Source: Amoebophrya sp. A120 (Eukaryota; Protista; Dinoflagellata). From it: DNA of 64,000 nucleotides. Below, one piece after another: positions 48,676 through 58,923 of the stretch. The stretch's first letter is position 1. Every line of letters starts with the position of its first letter. The stretch lies in NCBI GenBank assembly GCA_905178155.1, contig CAJINV010000009.1:2085373-2149372 (forward strand), written 5' to 3'. Both the position numbers and the translations under genes were made by a program. Below the pieces are notes generated by a model that searched no databases, was not told where the DNA came from, and saw nothing but the letters and a program-made list of their open reading frames with translations.

Positions 48676-49193
48676 CTTTGCTCCTCACGATAGCACGGGT
48701 TGTGATGGAGGAAGGGGAATAGCCAATCGCTGGAGAAAAGTATGTACTATGTCGTGTCGTGCGTGTCCGTGTTCGTCAGTCTAGTAACGCGCGCACAAAA
48801 GAAAATCGGAAAAGGACAATCGCAGGTACTGAAAAGTGAGCGACCACGTCGCGGCCGGGGCGTAAAGGTAAACCAAACACGGACTCTACTGCTAATAATG
48901 TTTTGTTCGTCAATGCTAGTTGTACATCTACACGTTGCAACTAGCGCAGCTGCACTAATTTGCCAAATAAGAGCGAAGCTAGTTGTTGGGATGAACCCAA
49001 ATAAGCAGAATTAAAGGCGAAACACCTACCCAAATTTCCTCTGCAACAAGTGCAAGGACGTGGGCTAGCATCGTGGTTTGGCTGTTGGATGGATTCCTTC
49101 GGAACGCAGAAAATAGAAGAAATCGCGAGCATTAGAGGCGTCTTTGGTGTGTGTGTGTGTTGTGTAAAGTGTGGGAGTAGCTAGATTGCTTGC

Positions 49194-49405
49194 CTGAATT
49201 GCGAAACGCGAAAAGCGAACAAAAGCGACACGGAAAGCGATAAAGCAGCACAAAGGGGAAGCGGAGTGAGAGAAGGTGGAAGCGGCCCCCGAAATGCGAA
49301 ACGCGAAAAGCGAACGAAAGCGACCCGGAAAACAATCAATAAAAAGTAAGAGGAAGCAGAGAGAAGGCGGAGGCGGCCCCCGAAATGCGAAACGCGAAAA
49401 GCGAA
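49194..49405 (+). repeat. Left subterminal array, three copies of CCGAAATGCGAAACGCGAAAAGCGAA at about 90-bp period
   Basis: Copies start near 49194, 49289 and 49380. Confidence 0.85.
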
Positions 49406-50401
49406 GAGCGGGCGGGGCCGCTTGTTAATTCTCCGCCCCCCTTTTTTTCAACGCAGCGGCCCGGGTGCTTTTTTGAAATTAGAGCAGCGGCGCCCCGCCT
49501 CTTTTTGCCTTAGTGGCGACATGTGCGACGTGCCGCAATTAATATCTTACGGAGCAGCTACTAGCTCGCAACGGGGGGCGAAAGGGGCGGCGTCCGTCCA
49601 ATTCTTGGAGGCCGGGGCCCCGGGGGGTTCTTGGTCTCAATGCTGGCCGGGTACGAACGCGACTCGCCCGCGCGGCATCCTTCGAATCACATGACAGGCG
49701 CCGGGCCGGGGAGAGCCTCGACAGGATACTCCGAAAGGGCGCGCGCGCTACAGACGCGCGACGGCCAACACCTGGAAACACCCACACGGAGAGAAGACGC
49801 GGAGTGGAGCACAGAGCGCAGGCGCCTCACAGTATTGATATACCTACTGCGCGCACCCACGGAGAAAAAAGGGCGGCCGCTTCGTTCCTTCGCTCCTTCC
49901 TGTTCTGGGGCACTTCGCTCGCCGATGGCGTTTGGTTCCTTCTTCGCGAATTTGGCCCGGCCTGCATTTCAAATATACGCAGGGGGCCCCAATAGCCGCG
50001 CACCAATGCAATCAATCTCCCCCAGGGGCCGACAAGCTGTCGATGGGGCCCGCTGACCATCGTCAATAGAAATACTAAAGGGGCCGCGTAAAAAAACAGT
50101 AGGGCGCACACACAAGGGGCGGGGCTCGCTAAGAATAACCAAAGCAAGACACACACACACCCACGCACGTCCGCGGCGGCTCCAATGCTGGGCGCCTTCC
50201 GGGCCGGCCTCCGCGGCCGAATGCCTCCCCAAGAAAGGTTTCTTTGCGGGCCGCTCGCTGGCGCGACCGACCCAGGACCCGCCGCGCAAGTTGGCGCGCA
50301 ACGGGCCACGCGTTGCGGCTGGGACCCATGCCGCGGGTTTCCGCTCGGCCTCTCGCGCAGACGCCTCGCCCTTTAGCCGCTTCCTTGCGGCGCGCCACGG
50401 A

Positions 50402-50572
50402 CGCACGCCGCAACGGCTTCGCCGGCCCTGCTTCCCCTCCGCGAAAGATTGCGTCACGCGCCGCAGTGCTGTTTCCCAACGCGGCCCGCGCACGCCGCAA
50501 CGGCTTCGCCGGCCCTGCTTCTCCTCCGCGAAAGATTAGACTGCGTCGCGCGCCGCAGTGCTGTTTCCCAAC
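50402..50572 (+). repeat. About 80-bp tandem duplication inside the transposon
   Basis: 50402-50480 and 50489-50572 are near identical (CGCACGCCGCAACGGCTTCGCC...GTTTCCCAAC). Confidence 0.9.
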
Positions 50573-51329
50573 ACGACCCGCCCGGAGGCGGCAGCGGGCG
50601 GGGGTGGCCAGGAACTGCTGCCGGCGCACGGGCGCACCGCGTACCTAAAGACAACAGAGCAGGGCCGCCATGGGCGGTGGCGCGAGGAAGGCAAAAGGGG
50701 CGCGGGCACTGCGCGCGCCACAATGTTGCCCCCCATGCTGCCCGCCAAAAGACGGGCGGGAGCGAGGTTCGGCGGGCCACGTCGCTCTCTACCGTCCGTT
50801 GCGGGCGCACGGGCGAGCCACGTGCCTAGCGATAACGCTGGGACCAAGAACCAACCCCCCCGGGGCCCCGGCCTCCAAAAACTGGGCGCCCCCTCTTTCG
50901 CTTCCCTGTGCAAACGAACCACGCAAAACATGGTACGCGGGAGGCCGCTAAAGTCGCCAACATACAAGAAGGGGAGCGGGTCGGAGCGTCGCGGACTCTA
51001 TTCGAAGCAAGGAAGCTGGTCGCGGCTGCGCTGGGTGGGGAAGTAAAGTAAAGAAAAAAGCGGGGCGCTTCGCTGGCTAGGACATAGACAAACGGCCCTG
51101 CCCTTTCTTCGCCTTCCGGGCTTCGGGGTCCAATTCCCCCCCCTCCCTTCGTGCTCTGCTTATTATCTCCGGCCCTTTTTCCTTTTTTCATTTTTCGCAT
51201 TTCGGGCGTGGCCTTGCTTTCTCTCTTTTTACTTTACTGCCCACGCAAGGGCCTCCCTCTTTTCGCTTTTCGAAATCGCTGCCGCGCTCCCTCTTCTTCC
51301 TCCCCGAACTACCCGAGGGGCCTCGCGGC

Positions 51330-51619
51330 TTCGCTTTTCGCTTTTCGCATCTCGGAGCCGCTGCCGCTTTCTTTCTTCTCCCCCTATTGACTACTCGAGA
51401 AGCCTTGGCGCTTCGCTTTTCGCTTTTCGCATTTCGGAAGCGTTGCCGCTTTCTCTCTTCTTACTCTACTACCTTTCGTTTGCCGCTTTAGCTTTAGCGA
51501 CGCCAGGGCCTTTGGTTTCTCGCTTTTCGCATTTCGGAAGCGCTTCCGCTTTCTCTCTTTTTACTCTCCTACCTCTGCGGGGGTCTTTGGTGTTTCGCTT
51601 TTCGCTTTTCGCATTTCGG
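51330..51619 (-). repeat. Right subterminal array, four inverted copies of the same motif
   Basis: TTCGCTTTTCGCTTTTCGCATYTCGG-type copies end at 51355, 51437, 51537 and 51619. Confidence 0.85.
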
Positions 51620-52188
51620 AAGCGCTTCCGCTTTCTCTCTATTTACTCTCTAAAGCCCTGCAGCTTGTTTTAGGAAATTAGGTAGATCACGGCGGTGCTC
51701 TGCTTATTTGGGTTGATCCCTAGTTGTTGTATGATGAGTGATTTCTTCAATTTTTCATTTAGCTCTCGTCATCTTAAATTGTTCCAAGGGAGCGCTATTG
51801 TAGTGCTGATACTCAAACACAAACTCTCGATCTCGTTCGCTCCTGCTGTGGGATGCCGCAGTGGCTGAAAAAAGAAAAAAAAACTTGCACTTGCATACGC
51901 GCGGATATAACTTGGAGAAAAGAACAAGTAGGCAATCGCAGCTGAGCCTATTGTGAAAGCCACGACGAGCATGACCTCCAGGAAGAACAGTGTAAGCGCT
52001 CAAATCAAGACCAGCAATGCCACCGACAAGCGGGGCGCGTGTCAGCGTCACAAGTGCGCTAAGGTAAGCGTGAATCTTCTTGTCGCGTTACTCTACTAAA
52101 AGTGATTTGGGTCGTCTTTCTTGTTCGCGGTTGTCGCTAGAAGTTGGAGGCAAAGTTCCAACTCCTCAGCTTCATGTTGCGTTCCTCA

Positions 52189-55100
52189 TCAATATCCTCC
52201 CAGTGTCAAGGTTTCTAGGAAGGCCTGCACAAGCGATATATTTTCCGTGTCTGCCTTAAATTTTGCGAGTTTTGCGTTTAAGATGAGCCTCTTCACCCCA
52301 AGGTCCATTTTCGCGGCGGAAACGCACTCCTTGACCGCTTTTGGGTCCTCGTCGAATCCCGCTTGCTTCTTCAGTACCTCGGCCTTTTCCGCCTCGTTCG
52401 CGAGCTCCGGAACGTCAAATTTGTAGTTGAAGCTGGCCGCGAGGTCGAAATTCTGGATAAATTCCGGGGCGTTGGTTGTGCAGATAATGAACAATTTTCG
52501 GCCGTCCGGTGGTTTCTTGGAAACAAGCTGCTTCAGGCCCTGGAACATCACATTGCTGAACCGCTGGCCGATGGGTACGTACTCCATCAAGGCCTCGATA
52601 TCGTCAATGATAACGCAAGACATGTCGGTCTTGTAAGCGTCTTCGAAGACCTGGTGTTGGAATGAGCGTCAATCAGAAATATCACAGACTGACCTTGAAA
52701 AGAAAAGGCAATCCGCGAAGTTTCAAAATTTTATTTTTATTCTCCCGGAGATTACCAATTTTGATTTTCTTAAAGGTATGCAACCTCACTCAGATTGAAA
52801 CAATCGAGGCGGTATTTAGCTCGTGCGCATATTATTTTTGTCGTCTTTTCTAAGATTAACGCTGATCCGCGAAAGTTTAAAATTTTATTTTTATCGTTTC
52901 CCAAAATCCGCGAAAGTTTAAAATTTTATTTTTATTGGTTCTCGAAATCTACAAAAATCTTTAATTTTTCATTTTATTTCAACAGATTAACAAAAATATG
53001 CAAAAGCGTTAGCGTGTGCGCAGTATTACATTGGTTGCACTAATATAGCGTCGAAGTCCACCAGATACGCTTCGTGCTTCTTTTACTATACCTTGTTTAT
53101 GAAGTTCATCTTCGACAGCTCGCCCATGCCGATGAAATTCTGCGCTGACAGGAAGCGGACGAAGGGAAAGTTGGCTTCCTTTATCAGATGGCACGCCAGT
53201 GCGGTTTTGCCCGACTTCGGGTTGCCGGAAAGCAGCACGCTCGACAGCTGCAACCCCGTTGCGGCGTCCGCCGCTACCTGCTGCTTGGCTGCCTCTCCGG
53301 CCCGCGGCGAGTTGACATCGGTTTCAATTTTTCCACGGACCTGGGATATTAGCGTCCATGATTTGCAAAGCAGGTGACTTTTGAAGCGATTGTACAGTTG
53401 CCGACTTCTTCGCACATCTTGACTTCGGTTCTTTTATGAAAAAACACTGCGAAAAACATACTGTTCCTCGTCTTACCTGTCCGATGAGCAGCCGCAAAGT
53501 CCTTCGCAAGTGCGTGAAGCTTCTGGAGTACTCGATCATTCCGAATTCGATTGTTCTTCTGAAATCTGCGTCCTTCGCCCCGTATCCTGTGCAAAAGTAT
53601 CGTACTCGTACAAATGCAAGTCTTGCATTGCAAATCTTACTCTTAAGGTAAATCAGCATTACAAATCTCATGCTGAGGAAATTTGTAATGCATTTCTACG
53701 AGTAGGAGTACGATACTTTTGCAGTTCATACCCCGTAGATCGGTACAACCTCCTCTACGGCGCGGATGAAGTCCTGGCGCTGCACGACGAGATCCTTCAT
53801 CTCTTCCTGGGTCAGTTCTTTCCCTAGATTGCTGAAGTCGATCTTCCGCGCGAGCGCGTAACTTACCGCAGTCCTCACCACGCCCTCCAGCTCTGCGCCG
53901 GAGTAGTTTTTCGTGATTTTCGCAAGTTCCTGCAGGTCGACGTCCGGCCCGAGCCGTTTTGCCTTCTTCATGTCGCTGGTGTGGATCTGCAAAATCTCGA
54001 ACCGGCCGCTTTCATTGGCCAACCCGATCTCCATCTTCACCTCCAGTCGCCCCGGCCGCAGCAGCGCCTCGTCGATCATGTCGAGGCGATTTGTCATCCC
54101 GATCAGGAGGATGTTGTTCAGTGCGTTCACCCCGTCGATTTTCGCGAGCAGCTGGTTCACCATACTGTCCATCGTGCTGTTCCCCTCCCGCCCGGAGCCC
54201 CGCTGCTTGCATATCGCGTCGATCTCGTCGATGATGATGATGTGGAGCTCGCTGTTTTCCCCCTCCTTCTCCTGCTCCTTTTCCGCCTCCGCGAACAGTT
54301 CGCGGATCTGTCGCTCGCCCTCACCGACGTACATGTTCAGCATTTCCGGCCCAGATTTCACGATCGGGTCACGGGCGTGCAGGCACTTCCCCAACTGCCG
54401 CGCGATGGTCGTTTTTCCCGTCCCGGGCGGGCCGTGGAGCATCATCCCGCGCACGTGTTTTATCCCGAGTTGCCGGATCAGCGCAGGCGGGTACAGCCTG
54501 GACGCGAAGGCCTTCCGGAAGATCGTTTCCAGCTCCGTGGTCAAGCCGCCGATCCCCATGGCGCCAAAGTTGAAGTCCTTCTTGAAAACCTGCTGTCTTT
54601 TCATGTCGCTAGAGAGAACGGACGTCGTTTGGCTCGGGCCATTCTTGAATTCCAGCTGCTGCACGCCCGACGGGCTCAGGATGCACAAACTCTTGACGGC
54701 CGCGTCGCCGCCGCGCCCGCTCCGTGGACTGTCGGGGCTTCGGCCGGCGTTTTTCATCACGTCCCGCTTGTTCTCGAGCTCGACAAAGGTGAACTTTAGC
54801 GCGACTCTTTCCCATTTTGCGCAACACATCTGCCCGCGCGAAAACGGTTGCCCACGAAAATTCTGCAGAACCAGGTCGCGCAGGGAGCTGCCGTCCAACT
54901 CGAGCCTCGGAGCACCCCCAGTGTTCCCTATTACATCCACGGTGACGCGCCCGCCCGCGATTTCATTGTCGGCCGTTGGTGCGAAGCTTGAGACCGGCAG
55001 GACGGCATCCAAAGGAATAGAGGCAAAATCTCGCTGGAGCTGTTTTTTATCGTTGCACTTGTAGGACTTGGAGGGCACCATAGTGAACAAGGAAATATGG

Positions 55101-55551
55101 AGGAAGAGGAGTGCACGCAAAGAGATTGATGTGATCACTTAGAAAGCTCAAAAAACAAGTCTACAAAAAGAAAAAACTATACACTGCTGAGATATATTTT
55201 CCCTGACGGCACATCCGGGTGGCTCGAAAGGGAAAAGGGGTAGTTGTCCTTGACCAAGACGTACCCAACCGGCTTGTTGCGTCCGGCGAGCTGTGCAAAG
55301 TCAGTGGGATTCACGTACACCAGATTGGTGTAGGCCAGATTTCGGTCGTTCAGCTTGTAAAGCTGAAGCTGCAGCGACATCGCGTCTTTCTTGTCTTTCT
55401 TCTTGAGGCTCGTGCCGATCTTTTTCTTCTTTTTCCCCGCTTGTTTCTTCCCCGCTAAATCGTCGGAATCGGACGAAGAAGAAGCCCCTTGCCCTGGCGA
55501 CTGGAGCGCGGGCGAAAAATGAGATTCGTCGTCCTCTATCTTGTATTTCAC
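52189..55551 (-). CDS. NSF: Vesicle-fusing ATPase NSF/Sec18. Exons about 55551 (or ATG 55380)-55183, 55039-53731, 53577-53477, 53340-53092, 52650-52189
   Basis: LAYTNLVYVNP, MGIGGL, FASR, GPPGTGKT, LHIIIIDEIDAICKQRGS, GMTNRLDMIDEALLRPGRLEV, a second Walker A GNPKSGKT, FEDAYK and PIGQRFSN. Three GT-AG introns and one non-canonical intron. Confidence 0.95.
52711..52935 (+). repeat. AT-rich 30-bp repeat ATCCGCGAAAGTTTAAAATTTTATTTTTAT, three copies, in the last NSF intron
   Basis: Copies at 52711-52740 (variant), 52865-52894 and 52906-52935. Confidence 0.85.
53583..53730. mobile_element. Introner-like non-canonical intron / MITE in NSF
   Basis: Perfect 18-bp inverted repeat TGCAAAAGTATCGTACTC (53590-53607, 53706-53723) with TAT...ATA termini. 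CCCCG(TA) is duplicated at 53578 and 53731; removing 153 nt gives PIYGAKDADF. Confidence 0.88.
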
Positions 55552-56182
55552 GCCGAAGCTATTTTGCTACATCTTCATTTTCTCCATCCTTTGTGAATCC
55601 AGTTGTTGGAAAACGATAGCTCAGAATTACCATGATCCTTCGATCGTTGGTTCGTGTTCGTTGACTCACGGGTCTACAGGTACAGAGGACTTACGAGAGA
55701 AAATGAAAAACAAAAAACGTGCTATCTACGGATTATATGTGAGTACGTCATCATCAAAGCGTTGCTGTGACAAAATAAGGAAAGTGATCAGGATCAATTG
55801 ATGATGTGTCGTATGGTCAAAAAACGGCTGGTCGTCTCCGTGAAGTTGCAGAGCAACAGATCATCATTTTCAGACATATTTACATCTTCGAGGCTCGGAG
55901 CCGCTTGCTTCTATGCGAACAAGCAGCCTTGCTCTCGGTCCCGAAGACTCAAGATGTATCTATGAGACAGCGAGTCTATCAAAAAAGAAAAACTCGAACA
56001 GTAAATGCATTTCTTCCACCTGCTGGTGGCTTGCAAGTTCTTCTCCTCAGCAGGGAGGGCTTTCAGGTTTTGTTTTGGTTTTTTCACTGGCAGAAAGAGC
56101 TGTCTCGTAGTGCGCCACCTAAAACATTGACATCGACTGATCGTAACGTCGCAGGAGAGGCAGTGCCGCCTTATCTACTTCA

Positions 56183-56494
56183 TCACGCGCGCGGCGACGG
56201 CGTCGCCGAACTGCCATTCGAGGCTTTCTCCAAAACGTCAAACCCCTCCATTCTGAGGCATTGGTCGTGCGCGTTTATGAATTGCGTGCATCTCTCCTCG
56301 CCGTTTCGCACAACGCATTCGTCCCGTGCGGCCTTGGTCTCTTTGCACACGCAGCAGATCGGTTTACCAGAAAGTATGCCAAGCTGCTGGCTCTTTGTGT
56401 TTGATGTCCCGCTTGTTAGCCCGGATGACCTGGAATTGCCGCTGGTGGCAATGTCCACTTGAGTACCTGCTGACGAACTTGAGGAATTACCCAT
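56183..56494 (-). CDS. COX17: Cytochrome c oxidase copper chaperone Cox17
   Basis: KPICCVCKETKAARDECVVRNGEERCTQFINAHDQCLRMEGF contains the CC copper site and the twin Cx9C motif. Confidence 0.92.
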   Translation of the reverse strand: MGNSSSSSAGTQVDIATSGNSRSSGLTSGTSNTKSQQLGILSGKPICCVCKETKAARDECVVRNGEERCTQFINAHDQCLRMEGFDVLEKASNGSSATPSPRA

Positions 56495-57001
56495 CTTGTG
56501 GTCTTTGATTTTCTACAACTCTGTGTATTGATTTGAAAAACTTGATAAGTCTAGGAGGCGCAGGCCGCGAAGTTTTTTTTTAGATCCAATTTTGTGAAGT
56601 GCAAGTGGTGATGTCCAAGTCTTTGACATTGCTTGAAGGAAAGAGCTGCCTCTGTTGTCGAAAAAACACTCCGATGGCACACCACAAGGAGGAACACGCA
56701 CAAGAAGTTCTCGTCAGCTTCAGCTTATGCCGACAACCGCGATATTCAGCAGACCGGTTCGAGCAGCGGCGGGGGTGGGCGGCGAGCCTGAAGATATTAC
56801 ACAACTTCTGGCTCCTAGCGCTTGCCACAAGGAAGAAGTATATGAAGTTGAAACCTTTACAAATAGCCTAATTGGCTCCAAGTGTTCTTGAAAAAGTAAA
56901 CGTAGAATTGGTCTTCACCATTGTTCTGTCAATCCAATATTTCCTTTCATCAGCTTTGTCATCAGTACAAAAAACGAGCTTTAGCGTAATTGTCTCCACC
57001 A

Positions 57002-57345
57002 TTATCTTGATCGGAAACTGGGATTTTTGTTTTTCACTCTTTCCAGCAAACGCTGACGGTCTTTCTCCTTTTTCAAATCTGCCGCCCTTTGGTTTTCTGC
57101 TTCAATGCGCGTTCTTTCTGCGCGCTGATCGTAGGCAGCGGTCTTGTTCACTTCCATGGTGCCGACCTTGATGTATTTTTCATCTTCATCAGAGACGCAT
57201 AGTCGTTAAGTTCGCGGGACTTCGTCCTCACTTTCGTCGGTAAAAACATGTCGAAGAAGCATGGGCATGGCCCACATGAAGAAGAGGCACGAGATGAGGA
57301 GGATGTAGTTGTAGACGAAGTTGAAGATGAAGTTTGCTTGTCCAT
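57002..57345 (-). pseudogene. Possible small interrupted coding region (charged coiled-coil peptide)
   Basis: The frame ...SDEDEKYIKVGTMEVNKTAAYDQRAERTRIEAENQRAADLKKEKDRQRLLERVK... is preceded by an in-frame TAA or a frameshift. Confidence 0.3.
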
Positions 57346-57388
57346 CTTCTACTATTTTCTTGTTTCAAAACTAGTAAAACTAGTCCTA

Positions 57389-58923
57389 CTACTTCCCTGA
57401 GACCTCCTTTGAAGCGCCGATAACCGCTGCGACCAGCTTCTGCAGTTGCTCCTGAGTGTGTGCTGCGGAAATCTGAAAGCGGATCCGCGCGGCGTTTTCC
57501 GGGACAACTGGGTAGGAGAAAGCAATCGCAAGAATCCCGCGCTCCAAAAGATTAGCAGACATCGCTTGCGCAACCTAAATTTGTCAGTTTGTATAGACTT
57601 GTGTTTTTCCTTGTTCTTGGCGTTGAGGCGCTCAAAATACAAGAAACAAGCAAAAGCAAGTAAAAGCGCAGTGTCTATTGATGCATGTCATTGTTTTTAA
57701 TGATATTTTTGATGCAGGAGCAGCAGCAGCTGACCTATCGTACTTACCAGTGCATCGCCGAGGTAGACTGGCACGATCGGACAGTCCGGATGCCCGAGCA
57801 CTGTCAAGCCCGCCTCGGTGAACCGTTGTCGCACATAGTGCGTGTTTTCCTGCAGCTTTGTTCGCAGCTCATCCGACTCCTTCAGCATGTCGAGCACCTT
57901 CAGCGATGCGCCCGCTACGACCGGTGCGATCGTGTTCGTGAACAGGTATGTCCTCGCCTTGTTGCGCAGCACGGACACGACTTCCTTCGAGCTAACCACG
58001 TACCCTCCTGTTGCGCCGCCGAGGGCTTTCCCTAGCGTCGTCGACAAAAAGTCGATCTTCACGTTGTCGAACATCTCACTGGTGCCCTTTCCCGTCTTCC
58101 CCAGGAACCCGGTCGCGTGGCAGTCGTCCACGTACAGATAGGTGTTGGGAAACTCGTCCACCACCTGCCGGATTTCCGCCAGCGGCGCCACGTCGCCGTC
58201 CATACTGAAAACGCCGTCCGTGACGACCACTTTCAGACGAGCGCCTTTCGCCGCTGCTTCTGTTAGCTGCGCGCGTAAATCACCCAAATCCAGGTGCTGG
58301 TACCGGAAGCGCTTCGCCTTGCACAGCCGCACCCCGTCGATGATGCTGGCGTGGTTCAAGGAATCAGAGATGATCGCGTCCTCCTCCGAGAGAATCGCTT
58401 CGAAGAAACCCGCGTTCGCATCGAAGCCGGACGGAAAAAGAATGCAGTCTTCCTGGTCGTGGAATTTCGCCAATTCCGCCTCCAGCTGCTTGTGCAACGT
58501 TTGCGTGCCGCAAATGAAGCGGACGCTGCTCATGCCGTAGCCGTAGTCATCGATGGTCTTTTTTGCCGCTTCGATGACATCTTTGTTGTCGCAAAGGCCC
58601 AGGTAGTTGTTGGCACAAAAATTCAGCACCTGCTTGTGCTTCGAGCCCTCCACCTGAATCGCCGGCGCCTGCATCGAGGTGATAACGCGCTCCTGTTTGT
58701 ACGTCCCCTTCGCTTTCATCTCGTCGAGCGTGTCGCTGCACACCTCCTGGAGCGACTTGGGTTGGGCGGCCACAGCGGAGAAGGGACGTAGGCGGGGAGC
58801 AGCATACGCACGCGAGCGAGGTGGAGCAACAAAATGAGAAGACGAGGATGACGAAGAGGAGGCCGCTGTGTTCGAGGCTGCAACAGCACCACGAGCACGC
58901 AGTTGCTGGAATGAGGCTCGCAT
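57389..58923 (-). CDS. GCAT: Mitochondrial 2-amino-3-ketobutyrate CoA ligase (glycine C-acetyltransferase). Exons 58923-57748, 57574-57389
   Basis: LNFCANNYLGL, SSVRFICGTQ, LNHASIIDG, TDGVFSMDGD, DDCHATG, TLGKALGGA (PLP Lys) and FSYPVVP...RIRFQISAAH; GTAAGT...TTTAG intron. Confidence 0.95.

Larger units (their letters stand above)
48988..51720. mobile_element. Non-autonomous foldback-type (Mutator/hAT-like) DNA transposon, 2733 bp, GC-rich
   Basis: TIR GGGAT[G/C]AACCCAAATAAGCAGA (21 of 22 identical). TAGTTGTT is duplicated at 48980-48987 and 51721-51728. Mirrored subterminal repeat arrays; no transposase ORF recognised. Confidence 0.9.

Noticed and set aside
49422-51200. Many Arg/Ala/Pro-rich ORFs inside the GC-rich element as a possible transposase
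   Set aside because: They are expected from high GC content and show no DDE, zinc-finger or other domain motif.
49194-51619. CRISPR-like array (26-bp repeats at regular spacing)
   Set aside because: The context is eukaryotic with no cas genes, the spacers resemble each other, and the arrays are mirrored inside TIRs.
24215-57747. AG|GT duplicated at both ends of several canonical introns as evidence of transposon origin
   Set aside because: This is the general eukaryotic proto-splice-site bias, and these introns show no terminal inverted repeats.
27751-58923. Glycine/one-carbon metabolic cluster (dehydrogenase plus GCAT)
   Set aside because: The genes are about 27 kb apart with unrelated genes between them.
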